A stretch of DNA of 64,000 bases. Source: Myxococcota bacterium (GTDB lineage Bacteria > Myxococcota_A > UBA796 > UBA2385). A program made the position numbers and the translations under genes. The DNA lies in assembly GCA_044344255.1 (NCBI GenBank), contig JBIJDH010000008.1, positions 212,640-276,639 of the forward strand, in the 5' to 3' direction. A model generated the notes under the pieces. That model made no database searches. It was not told where the DNA came from and was given only the letters and a program-made list of their open reading frames with translations. Each line of letters starts with the position of its first letter. The first letter of the stretch is position 1. This document shows, one piece after another, positions 45,898 through 56,397 of this stretch.

Positions 45898-48644
45898 AAC
45901 CCCGGGGAGCCCTCTCGCTGCTCCTCTGGCTACTGCTCCTCTGGCCACTCGGCCTCGTCTCTCCAGCCCGAGGGGAAGACCTCCCGGGGATCGAGGTGCA
46001 CCGCACCACCGCGGAGGACCTCCCCGCCAACGGGGGCAAGGTCATCACGGTCGGCTTCCGCGTCACCGCCGGCGGGAGTCAGCCGGCAGAGCTGATCGAG
46101 TCGCTGGAGCTCCCCGACGGTTGGAGCCTCATCACCACGCCCGGCCGCCTGATGATGGCGCCTGGACAGACCCGCGTGCGGATGATCGCCTTCAAGGTCG
46201 GCGCCGACTCCGCCCCCGGCGTGTACGAGCTCCGGTACCGGGCCACCGACAGCGTCAACCCCGCGGCCTTCGCGACAGACACCCTGCGGATTGTCGTGAG
46301 CACCCTCACGAATGTCTCGATCGCGGCGATCGACCCACCGCCCTACGTCATGGCCGGTGAGAGCGCGGTCCTGCGCGTCCGCGTGTCGAACCGCGGCAAC
46401 ACCGCCCAGCACCTCCGCGTCAGCGCGATACCCGAGGCCGGGCTCACCGCCGCCTTGAGCGGCGCCGAGGTCGATCTCGCGCCCGGCGCCTCCGGGGAGC
46501 TGTCCCTGGCCGTGAAGACAGACAAGGACGAGGTTCGTGCGACGGAGCGTGTCGTTCGCCTCCTGGTTCAGTCCGCGGAGGCGCGGTCGGAGGCGGTGGT
46601 GGTCCTCTCCGTCACCCCCCGGCCCGACCGCACCGAGCGCTGGCGCCGCCTCCCGATGACGGCGTCGCTGATCGGGACCGGCAGCCGCGAGGGCTACGCG
46701 CTGCAGCCCGAGCTTCGCGGCGCCGGCCCCGTCGACACACGGGGACAGTGGAACACCGACTTCCTCCTCCGCGGCCCCGACGCAGAGGGCACCGGCGCGT
46801 TCGCGGAGCGGGACGAGCTTCGTTTCGCGCTCCGAGGGCCCTCGACCGTCGCCCTCCTGGGGGACCAGACCTACGTGCTCTCCCCGCTGACGACCCCCGG
46901 AACGTACGGTCGCGGCGCGGGGCTGGCGCTGTCTCCCGGGCGGCTCCGCCTCGGCGTCTTCACCGTGCAGGACCGCTTCTCGACCCAACCGGAGCGGGGC
47001 ATCGCCGCGACCGCCGGCGCCGCGTTTGGACGGGCCGGGCAGTACAACCTCAATTTCATGCAACGACGCGGCGAGTCGGCCGCCGACCTCTGGACGGTCT
47101 CGGGCACCGCCGAGCCGATTGAAGGGGGCCACGTAGACGCGGAGCTGGCCGGCGACTCCGCTCCCGCCAGCGGGCTCCCGCTCGCGGGGCGACTCCACGC
47201 GACCTTCGCCGCACCCGGCGGCGGCTTCACCGGGAGCGCGCGCGAGACGCTCGCCGCCCCGGACTTCGGTGGACACGAACAAGACGTACACCGCAGCGAG
47301 CTCGCCGGCTTGGTGCAGCTCTCCCGCACGAAGACCGTACATGGGGACTGGCAGCGGGAGGAGCGGAACCTCGCGGGCGACCCCCTCCTCTCCAACGCGC
47401 CGATCCACCAGCAGGCCGAGGCGCGCCTGGTTTGGACGCCGTTGGACGCCTGGTCTGTCGACGCGGGCATCACCGCCGCGACGGAGCGACACCGCCTCAG
47501 CGACGCGGGATGGGACGAGGCCGCCGGTCGCCTCCTCGTGGCGCGGGGCGCCTCCGATCTGTACGCGAACCTCGGCGCGACCGTGGGCGGCCACGTGGAC
47601 ACCGTCAGCGGGCTCCTCTCGCCCGGCGCACAGCTCGTGGCCGCGATCCTCGCCTTGCCACGTCCGATGCTGACGCTGCGCGCCTGGGGGAGCTGGGGCA
47701 CAGAGGAAGCGGAGGTCCCCACGTCGCTGTTCGCCGTGGACCGCACGGTGGGCACCGGCCTGCGCTGGCAGGCCCACCCCACCGTCGAGACAGAGGCAGA
47801 GGCCCGATACAGCTTCACGGAGCGGCAGACGCTCCTCGACGTACAGGCTCGGTACACGTCGACAGAAGGGGTTCTGTGGACCGCGCGGGGGAGCGCCGGG
47901 CTCGGAGAGACACCCGAGGTCTCTGGGCTGATCATGGTGTCCGTACCGTTCCGCGCGCCGATTGGCCGCAACCTGGAGGCCGGCCGCATCCAGGGGAGGG
48001 TCTACGACGCCGACGCGCCCGATCAGCCGGGGATCGCGGGGGTGACGCTCCGCACGGGCGGAGTGGTGGCCGTCTCCGAACGGGACGGGAGCTTCACCTT
48101 CGGACAGCTGCCGCCCGGGCAGCACCGGATTGAGGTGGACCGCGCCAGCCTGGGCCTCCATCGAGTCGGCGTCGGTACGATCCCCGTGCCGGTGGAGGTG
48201 CTGGCCGGGGCGAGCCAGACGGTGACGATCGGCGCGACGGCAGCGGCGAAGCTGAGCGGCTGCGTGCTCCAGGTCGGCGCGCCCGCGCTGTCCAGCGCAC
48301 AGGCGATCGGGCTGGCCGGAGACGGGAGCGGGGGCGGGGATCGTCGCCTGCCGGGGATCGGCGTCGTGCTCGAGAGCGGCACCGAGCGTGTCCTCCGAAA
48401 CGCCGACGACCAGGGCTGCTTCGCCGTCGGCGGTCTGCGACCCGGCGAATGGACCGCCTCCGTCGCGCCCGCAGACATCCCGGCCTTCTTCACCCTCCCC
48501 ACGCCGGGGCGCGCGGCGCTCAGCCCCGGCGGCTCCGGCGTGGCCGACGTCATCTTGCAGCCACGGGTCCGCCCCATCCTGATCACGGAGGGGGGAACGC
48601 TCACGATCCGGCCGAGCGAGCCGCCTCCGGCCAAGGCGGAGTAG
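45894..48644 (+). CDS. Large secreted/outer-membrane protein: Ig (NEW3-like) domains, beta-barrel-like centre, carboxypeptidase-regulatory-like C-terminal domains (usher-like)
   Basis: LELPDGW, VSNRGN, LGDQTY.LSPLT..G..GRG, GRIQGRVY, DGSFTFGQLPPG. Confidence 0.6.
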   Translation: MKPRGALSLLLWLLLLWPLGLVSPARGEDLPGIEVHRTTAEDLPANGGKVITVGFRVTAGGSQPAELIESLELPDGWSLITTPGRLMMAPGQTRVRMIAFKVGADSAPGVYELRYRATDSVNPAAFATDTLRIVVSTLTNVSIAAIDPPPYVMAGESAVLRVRVSNRGNTAQHLRVSAIPEAGLTAALSGAEVDLAPGASGELSLAVKTDKDEVRATERVVRLLVQSAEARSEAVVVLSVTPRPDRTERWRRLPMTASLIGTGSREGYALQPELRGAGPVDTRGQWNTDFLLRGPDAEGTGAFAERDELRFALRGPSTVALLGDQTYVLSPLTTPGTYGRGAGLALSPGRLRLGVFTVQDRFSTQPERGIAATAGAAFGRAGQYNLNFMQRRGESAADLWTVSGTAEPIEGGHVDAELAGDSAPASGLPLAGRLHATFAAPGGGFTGSARETLAAPDFGGHEQDVHRSELAGLVQLSRTKTVHGDWQREERNLAGDPLLSNAPIHQQAEARLVWTPLDAWSVDAGITAATERHRLSDAGWDEAAGRLLVARGASDLYANLGATVGGHVDTVSGLLSPGAQLVAAILALPRPMLTLRAWGSWGTEEAEVPTSLFAVDRTVGTGLRWQAHPTVETEAEARYSFTERQTLLDVQARYTSTEGVLWTARGSAGLGETPEVSGLIMVSVPFRAPIGRNLEAGRIQGRVYDADAPDQPGIAGVTLRTGGVVAVSERDGSFTFGQLPPGQHRIEVDRASLGLHRVGVGTIPVPVEVLAGASQTVTIGATAAAKLSGCVLQVGAPALSSAQAIGLAGDGSGGGDRRLPGIGVVLESGTERVLRNADDQGCFAVGGLRPGEWTASVAPADIPAFFTLPTPGRAALSPGGSGVADVILQPRVRPILITEGGTLTIRPSEPPPAKAE

Positions 48645-48723
48645 AGCGCTGGCTGGGCGCCCCGACGGTGAAGGGCCCGGACTGCGGCACGCTCGGCCAG
48701 CGGCCTCCCCCGTTCGCCGCCCT

Positions 48724-51483
48724 TCAATGGCCGACGTCGTAGCTGCAGCCCTTCGGCCCCGGCGCGTCGTAGACGCCGTCCCCGCCTACGTCCACAAAGA
48801 GGGCGTTCGTCGTGAAGCGGGGCACGAAGGTGGGGTCAAACTGCGGGAAGCCGCGGGGGAAGAGGCCCTCGCCCATCCCGAGCACCACGATGTTGCTGTC
48901 CACCGTCACCGGGACGCTCACCGTCCCGTCGTACTTGACGACGCCGTCTGGATCGTCGGTGAGCACGTCGAGCACCTGGTCGCCGTTGACCAGCACGACG
49001 AAGTGCGTCACGTCGATGCCGCGCATCGCCTCGATGTGGACAGAGAGCTCGACAGTGCCATCGCTGTCGGTGAGGGTGTCGCCGATCCCGGCCGCGCCGC
49101 CATTGGCCGACACCCGCGCGAAGGCCCCGGCGCTCACCACCGCCCGCCCACCCTGCACGGCCGCCACCATGTCGGAGACGTCGAAGGCGCCCGGCTCATC
49201 GGTGGGGGACTCGTAGTAGGTGCGGGGAGAGCCGATCATGTCACTCGCCGAGTGGGTGTCGGTGACGCCGATCGCCGTCACCCGGTGGCCGAGGTTGAGG
49301 AAGCCGATCCAGTCGTCGAGGAGGCCGGTGCTCTCAGGGTCAGCGGGGTCGAGGAAGGGGTCCTGGTGGCCGTTCTGGTACTCCATCGCCGTGAGGTCCC
49401 AGCTCCAGAGCGAGGCGTCGGCCGAGAAGGCGAGCCAGGTGGGGTCGTCGAGCGTGGGGACGCCGTTCACGCGGTCCCAGCCGATGAGGCAGAGGTAATT
49501 GCAGCCCCGGCGCGGGTGGTTGAGGGTGACCACCTCAGCCCCCCGCTCCCGCTCGAGCGCATAGACCTCGCCGAGGTCGAGCCCGTACCAGTGGGGATAG
49601 CCGCCCCGGGACAGACTGTCGTCGGGCACGAAGGGCCAGGCGTTGGTGTGCTCGGGCAGCGTGGCGGTCACCTCTTGCCCGACGACGGTGGCGACGAAGC
49701 CGGTGAGCTCCGCCTCATCGACGGCCCCCGCGAGATCGTTGATGATCTCATGGTCGGTGGCCACCATCACGTCGAGGCCCGCGGCGGCCGCCGTGCGCAC
49801 CCGATCCGCCTGATAGAGCGCGCTGTCGGGGCTGCCCGACGAGTGGACGTGGCCGTCATAGGCCATCCAGCCGGTCGTGTCCACGGCGTGGACCATCGTC
49901 ACCGGGAGGGTGGCCTCCCCGCCTTCGGGGACGGTCAGGGTCGTCTCGACGGGCTCGTACTCATAGCCCCGGAGCACGCTCACCTCGTAGTCTCCGGGCG
50001 GCAGCGGCATCACGGGCTCGGCGGGCGTGGAGAAAAAGCGCCGCACCTCGGCGCCGCCCTGATAGAGCACCACCTCCGCAGGGAGCTCCTCTCCCGCCTC
50101 GTCTCGAAAGTCCGTCACGAGCGTGCCGGCGGCGCCGATCGACAGGCTGACCGCGCCGCCGGAGGTGAGGGTGGCCTCTCCCCAGCCGCGGTCGTCCGTA
50201 TAGGGGAGGAGCCGCCAGGCGTGGGCGCCGAAGTCGGACAGGGAGCCCGAGAAGCTGCCGTCGGCGGCGGTGCGGAGGCGGTCGAGGGTGCGCCACTCGC
50301 CGGCCTCCTCGAGCTGGACGAAGAGGTCCGCGCCACCCACGCCCAGGCCGTCGGGGCCGAGCAGGGCGCCGGAGACCGCGGTGAGGCTCAGGGTCCGGCC
50401 GGGGATTGGCGTGGGGTTGACCGCGGCCAGCGGGGCCGTGGCCGAGTTGAGGTCGGTCGCCCCCACCGAGAGGAAGAGGGTGGTGCTGCCGCTGTCCCCC
50501 GCCGCCTCGAGGCGGATGGGATCGAGGGCCAGCGTCGTGTCGAGGAAGGCGGTGACGCCCGAGATCTCAGTCCGGCCCGCGTTCGCCGACTCGATCGCGA
50601 AGGCCAGCGCCCCCTCTTCGCCGGCCGCGCCCACCCAGGGCACGCCGGTGCTGAGGCTGATGCCGCCCGCCCCGAGCGCGCTCGTGGAGAAGGCGGTGAG
50701 CTCGGTGTGGTCCGAAGGGAAGAGCAGCGCGCCTGCGAGGTAGTCGCCGGCCGGCTCACCCTGGCTCTCGAGGATGACACCCATCCGCAGCACCGCCGAG
50801 CCCGGCTCGAGCGTGTACCGGAGCCGCATCTCGAAGCCGTAGGGGTCGTTGAGCGGCTTCTTCACCCCGCCCTGGTAGCTCTGCTTGACGAGCTCGAGCT
50901 CGACCAGCCAGAAGCGGTCGTCCACGCCCACGACATCGACGACCGCGGCCTCACCGTCTGATCCGTCGTTCACCACCTCGATGCGCTCGCCGCGGAACAT
51001 GTGAAGCGTCGAGGCGGGGAAGTCGAAGAGGTCGAGCGTGCCCACCACCACGCCGAGCTCGCCCATCTGCTCGGGGCCCGCTTGGGCGCAGCCCGACACC
51101 GGCGCGGCGTCGATGGGGATGCCCCCGTAGTGGTAGTAGGTGCGGACGTCGGTCACCCCGGAGATGACGAAGGCCGCGGCCTCGGAGAGGAGGAGCACGT
51201 CGCCCGGCTTGCCGAGCACGTCGGTGCCCCACATCACCTCATCGGCCCCGGCGATGAGGCGGGCGCGGGCCTCTCCGGCGACCGGGCAGCCCCCCTCGAA
51301 GATGCCCTCCCCGGTGGCGCCGCCGCCGTCGGCGCCGTCTTCGCCCTCTCCTTCCCCTTCCCCCGGGGTAGTCCCGCCGATTGTACCCTTTCTATCGTCA
51401 TCACTCGGGTGACATGCGGCACCGAGGGCGGCGAAACAGAGGCCAAGGCACACTGCGGCGAACGTGTGGCGGTGGGGTGACAT
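48724..51483 (-). CDS. PHP-domain (CehA/McbA-like) metallohydrolase lipoprotein
   Basis: GAAC lipobox; DGHVHS..SPDS, ATDHE, GQEVT, HTN, NHPR, TDTH, PRTY. Confidence 0.85.
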   Translation of the reverse strand: MSPHRHTFAAVCLGLCFAALGAACHPSDDDRKGTIGGTTPGEGEGEGEDGADGGGATGEGIFEGGCPVAGEARARLIAGADEVMWGTDVLGKPGDVLLLSEAAAFVISGVTDVRTYYHYGGIPIDAAPVSGCAQAGPEQMGELGVVVGTLDLFDFPASTLHMFRGERIEVVNDGSDGEAAVVDVVGVDDRFWLVELELVKQSYQGGVKKPLNDPYGFEMRLRYTLEPGSAVLRMGVILESQGEPAGDYLAGALLFPSDHTELTAFSTSALGAGGISLSTGVPWVGAAGEEGALAFAIESANAGRTEISGVTAFLDTTLALDPIRLEAAGDSGSTTLFLSVGATDLNSATAPLAAVNPTPIPGRTLSLTAVSGALLGPDGLGVGGADLFVQLEEAGEWRTLDRLRTAADGSFSGSLSDFGAHAWRLLPYTDDRGWGEATLTSGGAVSLSIGAAGTLVTDFRDEAGEELPAEVVLYQGGAEVRRFFSTPAEPVMPLPPGDYEVSVLRGYEYEPVETTLTVPEGGEATLPVTMVHAVDTTGWMAYDGHVHSSGSPDSALYQADRVRTAAAAGLDVMVATDHEIINDLAGAVDEAELTGFVATVVGQEVTATLPEHTNAWPFVPDDSLSRGGYPHWYGLDLGEVYALERERGAEVVTLNHPRRGCNYLCLIGWDRVNGVPTLDDPTWLAFSADASLWSWDLTAMEYQNGHQDPFLDPADPESTGLLDDWIGFLNLGHRVTAIGVTDTHSASDMIGSPRTYYESPTDEPGAFDVSDMVAAVQGGRAVVSAGAFARVSANGGAAGIGDTLTDSDGTVELSVHIEAMRGIDVTHFVVLVNGDQVLDVLTDDPDGVVKYDGTVSVPVTVDSNIVVLGMGEGLFPRGFPQFDPTFVPRFTTNALFVDVGGDGVYDAPGPKGCSYDVGH

Positions 51484-51605
51484 GCGCGCATCGTACCGCC
51501 GATGGGAGCAAGAAGGTGGTCAAGCCGGCACGGGACGGCCTGCGAGCCTGCGGAGGCCCCCGGCCCCGGGCTACCTTGGGCCCGCTCACCGCACCCGGAG
51601 GAACC

Positions 51606-53591
51606 ATGTCCGCCCGCCCCCTCAGCCTCGCCTCGCTCCTCGGCCTCGTCGCCGCATGCGCCTCGGCGCAGCCCAATCCCTCGGCCGACGCGGGTCCGGG
51701 CGCCTCCGCGGCCGGCGACGCGGTGTTCACAGGGAGCGAGTCCCCGGACGAGCTGGCCCTCGCCGAGCGGCTCGCGCGCCCTCACCTCCAGATCCTCGCG
51801 CACAACCACGACTTCAGCCGGAGCTTCGCGAACCGTGCCGACCTGCTGGTGAGCCGGGTGCGGGTGGATGAGCTGCTCATGGCGCACACCCGCGTCCAGC
51901 AGACCCTCGGCGGTGTACCCGTCTTCGGCAGCGAGGCCATCGTGAGCCTCGACGAGGCCGGCCAGCTCGCCCACCTCACCGACAACCTCATCGACGTGGA
52001 CGACATCGACACGCGCCCGGACTGGGACGCAGACGAGGCCATCGACCTCGCGCTCGACCGCACCGACCTCTGGGAGGACATGCACGAGGAGCCCACCGCC
52101 ACCCTGGTCGTCCTCCCCCACGAGGGGGAGACCCACCTCGCCTGGGACGTGCAGCTCAAGGCCCTCGAGCGCGCGCAGCCGACGATGCCCCGCCTCTTCA
52201 TCGACGCCCACACCGGCGAGACGATCTGGCAGATCGAGGGGCTGAAGACGGCCGCCGGCACCGGTAAGGGCACCACCGGCTACTACGGGTCGGTCACGCT
52301 CTACACCTACAAGACCACCGGCACGGGCGCTGCCTGGTACCTCGAAGACACGACCCGTGACATCGGCACCTATACGATGAACGGTGGGTACTCCGTCTCC
52401 ACGGCTGACTACGTCACCGACAGCGACGGCAACAACACCTGGACGGACTCGGCAGACACCTCGGCCGTCTCCGCCCATTATGCGGCCCGCCTCTTCTATG
52501 ACTACTACAACAAGACCTATGGTCGCCTCGGCATCGACGGCGCGGGGGGCCCTGGATACGTCCAGTCGGTGGCGAGCGCGGATTATGTGGTCTCGGTCTT
52601 CGCCAACCTCGGCACCAACTATGTCAACGCCTATTGGGACGGCACGGCCGTCTACATCGGCGACGGGGATGGTGTGGACGCGAGCTCCCTCGCCACCATC
52701 GACATCGTCGGCCACGAGATGACGCACGGCATCACCACCAACGAGGCGAACCTCACCTACGCCTACGAGCCCGGCGCCCTCGACGAGGGCATCGCCGACA
52801 TCTTCGGCACCATGATCGAGTTCTACTCCGGCAAGTCCACCGACTGGACCCTCGGCGAGGACTGCTGGACCCCGGGCACCGCCGGCGACGCCCTCCGCTA
52901 CATGAACGATCCCACCCGCGACGGCGCCTCCTCCGACCACTACACGAACCGATACACCGGCTCGGGTGACAACGGCGGCGTACACCTGAACAGCGGCATC
53001 GTGAACCTGAGCTTCTACCTCCTCTCCCAGGGCGGGAGCCACCCCTCCGGATACGCCGGATCGGTGACGGGCATTGGCAAGATCAAGGCCGCGGCCATCT
53101 GGTACCGCGCGCTCACGACCTACATGACCGCCTCCACCGACTTCGCCGGGGCGCGGACGGCCCTCCTCTCAGCAGCGACAGACCTGTACGGGGCGAGCAG
53201 CGCTGAGTACGCCGCGGTGCAGAACGCCTGGTACACGGTGGGCGTCGGCTCGGCGGCGAGCTCGAGCAGCTCGTGTACCGGCTACACCACCACCTATACG
53301 GGCACCCTGGCGGCGACCGGCGCCCTCTACTACGAGCCGGGCGGCACCTACTACACGAGCGCCGCCTCGGGCACCCACGCCGCCAAGCTCTCGATGGCCT
53401 CGGGCTCGAATTTTGACCTCAAGCTGCAGAAGTGGGTGGGCGGCACGGGCTGGTCCAACGTGGCCACCTCGCTCAACACGGGCAGCACCAACGAGACCAT
53501 CAGCTACTCGGGCGCGGCGGCCAACTACCGCTACCAGGTGAAGAGCGCCTCGGGCTCCGGCGCCTACACCCTCTGTGTGACCAAGCCCTGA
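51606..53591 (+). CDS. M4 (thermolysin-family) metalloprotease with propeptide and C-terminal PPC-like domain
   Basis: QTLGGVPVFG propeptide; NAYWDG, HEMTHG, GALDEGIADIF, GGVHLNSG. Confidence 0.95.
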   Translation: MSARPLSLASLLGLVAACASAQPNPSADAGPGASAAGDAVFTGSESPDELALAERLARPHLQILAHNHDFSRSFANRADLLVSRVRVDELLMAHTRVQQTLGGVPVFGSEAIVSLDEAGQLAHLTDNLIDVDDIDTRPDWDADEAIDLALDRTDLWEDMHEEPTATLVVLPHEGETHLAWDVQLKALERAQPTMPRLFIDAHTGETIWQIEGLKTAAGTGKGTTGYYGSVTLYTYKTTGTGAAWYLEDTTRDIGTYTMNGGYSVSTADYVTDSDGNNTWTDSADTSAVSAHYAARLFYDYYNKTYGRLGIDGAGGPGYVQSVASADYVVSVFANLGTNYVNAYWDGTAVYIGDGDGVDASSLATIDIVGHEMTHGITTNEANLTYAYEPGALDEGIADIFGTMIEFYSGKSTDWTLGEDCWTPGTAGDALRYMNDPTRDGASSDHYTNRYTGSGDNGGVHLNSGIVNLSFYLLSQGGSHPSGYAGSVTGIGKIKAAAIWYRALTTYMTASTDFAGARTALLSAATDLYGASSAEYAAVQNAWYTVGVGSAASSSSSCTGYTTTYTGTLAATGALYYEPGGTYYTSAASGTHAAKLSMASGSNFDLKLQKWVGGTGWSNVATSLNTGSTNETISYSGAAANYRYQVKSASGSGAYTLCVTKP

Positions 53592-53601
53592 GGCCCACCC
53601 C

Positions 53602-54045
53602 ATGAGCACCCCCACCGAGGCGGCCCCCGCCGAGACCACGCTCTACGCCCTCCTCGGAGGGCCCGACGGGGTCTTCACCCTCGTCGACCGCTTCTACGAG
53701 CACATGGACAGCCTCCCCGAGGCCCGGGCCATCCGCGCGATGCACGGCGCGGACCTCTCCCGAGCCCGCGAGCGGCTCTATGACTTCCTGTCGGGCTGGC
53801 TCGGCGGCCCGCCGCTCTATGTGGAGAAGCACGGCCACCCCCGGCTGCGGGCGCGGCACCTGCCCTTCGTGATCGGCCCCGCCGAGCGCGACGCCTGGAT
53901 GTCCTGTATGCACCATGCCCTCCAGGACACGGTGGAGGACCCGCACCTCCGGGCCTACCTCGAGGAGGCCCTGGGGCGACTGGCGACTCACATGGAGAAC
54001 ACGCCCGCCACCGCGCCACCCGCTCCGTCCCCCTCACAGACGTAG
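53602..54045 (+). CDS. Group II truncated hemoglobin
   Basis: LYALLGG, LVDRFY, FLSGWLGGPPLY, GHPRLRARH.PF, ERDAWMSCM. Confidence 0.93.
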   Translation: MSTPTEAAPAETTLYALLGGPDGVFTLVDRFYEHMDSLPEARAIRAMHGADLSRARERLYDFLSGWLGGPPLYVEKHGHPRLRARHLPFVIGPAERDAWMSCMHHALQDTVEDPHLRAYLEEALGRLATHMENTPATAPPAPSPSQT

Positions 54046-54188
54046 CGGTGTACTGGCCCAACGTGAATCGGACTCTCGGACTGATGGCGTAGCGAACTCG
54101 CGGGCCCCCCTTGCCACCGCCGACTGCGGTTTGGGGATGCGCCGTCCTGGCGCCCCGTTACAGTCAGGATGCCTGCTGCTGGAGCCCC

Positions 54189-54794
54189 ATGTTTGCCCCC
54201 ATCGAGATCAACCCCATCCCCAATGGCCCCCTCGCTGTCTCAAAGGCCGAAAGCCTGCAATTTGAAGGCGAGGTGCGGCCGCTCTCGGGCACCGTCTACC
54301 TCTGCCGCTGCGGGGAGAGCCGCAACGCCCCCTTCTGCGACGGCAGTCACAAGGCCGCCGGCTTCTCCAGCGAGGGGCCCCGCCCCGAGGCCGTCGCCCC
54401 CCGCCTCTGGGAGGGCCAGCGCCTGCGCACCCGCTTCGATCCGCGCGTCTGTATGCATGTCTTCACCTGCAAGTCGCTGAAGGCCCTGCGAGATGCCGAG
54501 GTGCTGGCCACGGATGATGGCGTGGCCATCGAGATTCGCGCCGTCGCCGCCGCCTGCCCCTCGGGAGCGCTCACCTGGGAGGAGAAGGCCCCGCTGCCCC
54601 CCCTTGAGGCCGCCGTCCAAGCCGCGCCCATCGAGGTCATCCCCGGCGGCGAGCTGCGCGTCTGCGCCCCGGTGCGCGGCCTGCCCCTCGACCCGGCCCA
54701 GCCCGACGACCGCCTGACGCTCTGCCGCTGCGGCCTGTCGGCCAACAAGCCGCTCTGTGACGGCCGTCACAAGGCCAAGGTCGGCTTTCGGTAG
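54189..54794 (+). CDS. CDGSH iron-sulfur protein (two CDGSH motifs around a ferredoxin-like segment)
   Basis: LCRCGESRNAPFCDGSH; CMH..C...CPSGAL; LCRCGLSANKPLCDGRH. Confidence 0.92.
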   Translation: MFAPIEINPIPNGPLAVSKAESLQFEGEVRPLSGTVYLCRCGESRNAPFCDGSHKAAGFSSEGPRPEAVAPRLWEGQRLRTRFDPRVCMHVFTCKSLKALRDAEVLATDDGVAIEIRAVAAACPSGALTWEEKAPLPPLEAAVQAAPIEVIPGGELRVCAPVRGLPLDPAQPDDRLTLCRCGLSANKPLCDGRHKAKVGFR

Positions 54795-54835
54795 GGGAGC
54801 AGGAGTCGAGCCGGTCGAGCCGTGCCAGCGATGAG

Positions 54836-55213
54836 CCGGTGCGAGCGATGGAGGGTTGCCACTTCACGCGGGGCATGGTCTGCGAGCAGATTGACGCTCC
54901 ACCTCCTCGCCCTCAAACCAGCTCCTGCCGCTATGCACCGCCTCTCGTCCGATCCGGATTCCCGGCCCAGCCTTTTCTCCAACCCCGGGGACTGAGGCGG
55001 GAGCCCCGGCATCACCGACGTGCGTTGAAGTGGGAGATGGCGAAGATGAGAGTGAGGTCGCTCGAGCATCTTAAACGGCGGGGCCGAGCTGGGCATCTGT
55101 GAGGCCAAGCCCAGGGAGCCGCTCGTGGTCCCACCATCGGTCGGAGACCGGCACGACGGATAGCTGCCGGCGTCGTCGGCTCCAAGGTGTCGACTATCCA
55201 TCGCTGGCACCGG
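54836..55213. mobile_element. MITE-like non-coding element, copy 1, with 17-bp terminal inverted repeats
   Basis: ccggtgcgagcgatgga (54836-54852) versus tccatcgctggcaccgg (55197-55213), 1 mismatch; ~92% identical to copy 2 over a 255-nt core. Confidence 0.6.
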
Positions 55214-55346
55214 TCCCTTGGCGCAGCTCGACGGCACGATCCGATAACGTCTCCCGATTGGCTACACGATTCGGAGTGAACGGTACCCTTGACTCCCGCG
55301 GCGCCGGAGGGCGCAGCCCGGCGAGCGGAGCGGGGAATAGACCCGC

Positions 55347-56297
55347 CTACCGCACCCGCCGCTTGTGGTCGTACATTCCCGCGTCGGCAGAGGCCAACCA
55401 GTCGTCGAACGTGACGTGACGCGCGGGGTCCAGCGCCGCGATCCCTACGCTGTACCCGAGCCGGTAGGCGGCCTGGGCGTTCACGAGGTCGAGCGCGGCG
55501 TCCAGGCGCGCGAGCATGGTCGCGGTATCCACGATGCGCGCGCGCGCGATCACGCAGAACTCGTCGCCCGCCAACCGGCAGACCACGTCCCCCGACCGGA
55601 ACGCCCCGCGGAGGGCGTTCGCGAACTGGATCAGCGCGGCGTCGCCCACGGCGTGCCCGTGCGAGTCGTTGATCGCCTTGAACGCGTCCAGGTCCAACAT
55701 CAACACCACGACGTCCGCCGGCTGTCGCCTCGCCGTGCTGACCAGGTACTCCCCGACCAGGCGAACACCGCGACGATTCAGCAAGCCCGTGAGGCCGTCC
55801 AGCGTCGCGTCCCGGGCCTGTCCGAGCTGCTCCTCCACCATGCCGGCCAGGTCCCGGAGCGACGCCAGGTCGCCCTCGTCAAGCGTCCGCGGGCGCGTGT
55901 CGATCACGCACAGGGTGCCGACCAAGCGGCCGTCCCGGCCACGCACGGGGCAGCCAGCATAAAACCGGATGTACGGCGCGCCCGTCACGAGCGGGTTGTC
56001 AGAGAACCGCTCGTCCAGGTGCGCATCGGGCACCACCATCACCTGCCCGGAAGCCAGCGCGTGCCCGCAGAACGAGATCGCCCGGGAGGTCTCCGTGACG
56101 TCCAGCCCAACCACGGACTTGAACCACTGCCGGTCTGCGTCCACGAGGCTGACGACGGCGATCGGCAGGTCAAACAGCCGACGAGCAACGCGCGTGACGC
56201 GGTCGAACCGCTCCTCCGCGGGGGTGTCCAGAACGTGCAGGCTGTGCAGCGAAGCGAGGCGACAGTCCTCGTCGTCGAGGGGCGGAGGGACGATCAT
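55347..56297 (-). CDS. GAF-GGDEF diguanylate cyclase (AGDEF variant)
   Basis: LDTPAEERFDR, RQWFKS, IRFYAG, GTLCVID; DGLTGLLNRR, DLDAFKAINDSHGHAVGD, RSGD I-site, RLAGDEF. Confidence 0.92.
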   Translation of the reverse strand: MIVPPPLDDEDCRLASLHSLHVLDTPAEERFDRVTRVARRLFDLPIAVVSLVDADRQWFKSVVGLDVTETSRAISFCGHALASGQVMVVPDAHLDERFSDNPLVTGAPYIRFYAGCPVRGRDGRLVGTLCVIDTRPRTLDEGDLASLRDLAGMVEEQLGQARDATLDGLTGLLNRRGVRLVGEYLVSTARRQPADVVVLMLDLDAFKAINDSHGHAVGDAALIQFANALRGAFRSGDVVCRLAGDEFCVIARARIVDTATMLARLDAALDLVNAQAAYRLGYSVGIAALDPARHVTFDDWLASADAGMYDHKRRVR

Positions 56298-56397
56298 GGT
56301 ACTCCAAGCTGGCGAAGCTAACCCGCGTCGACGGCAGCTGTTCCCGCCGGTGCCTACCAGTAGCCCTGCGACCGCGCCATCCGGACCTCCCACCGCA

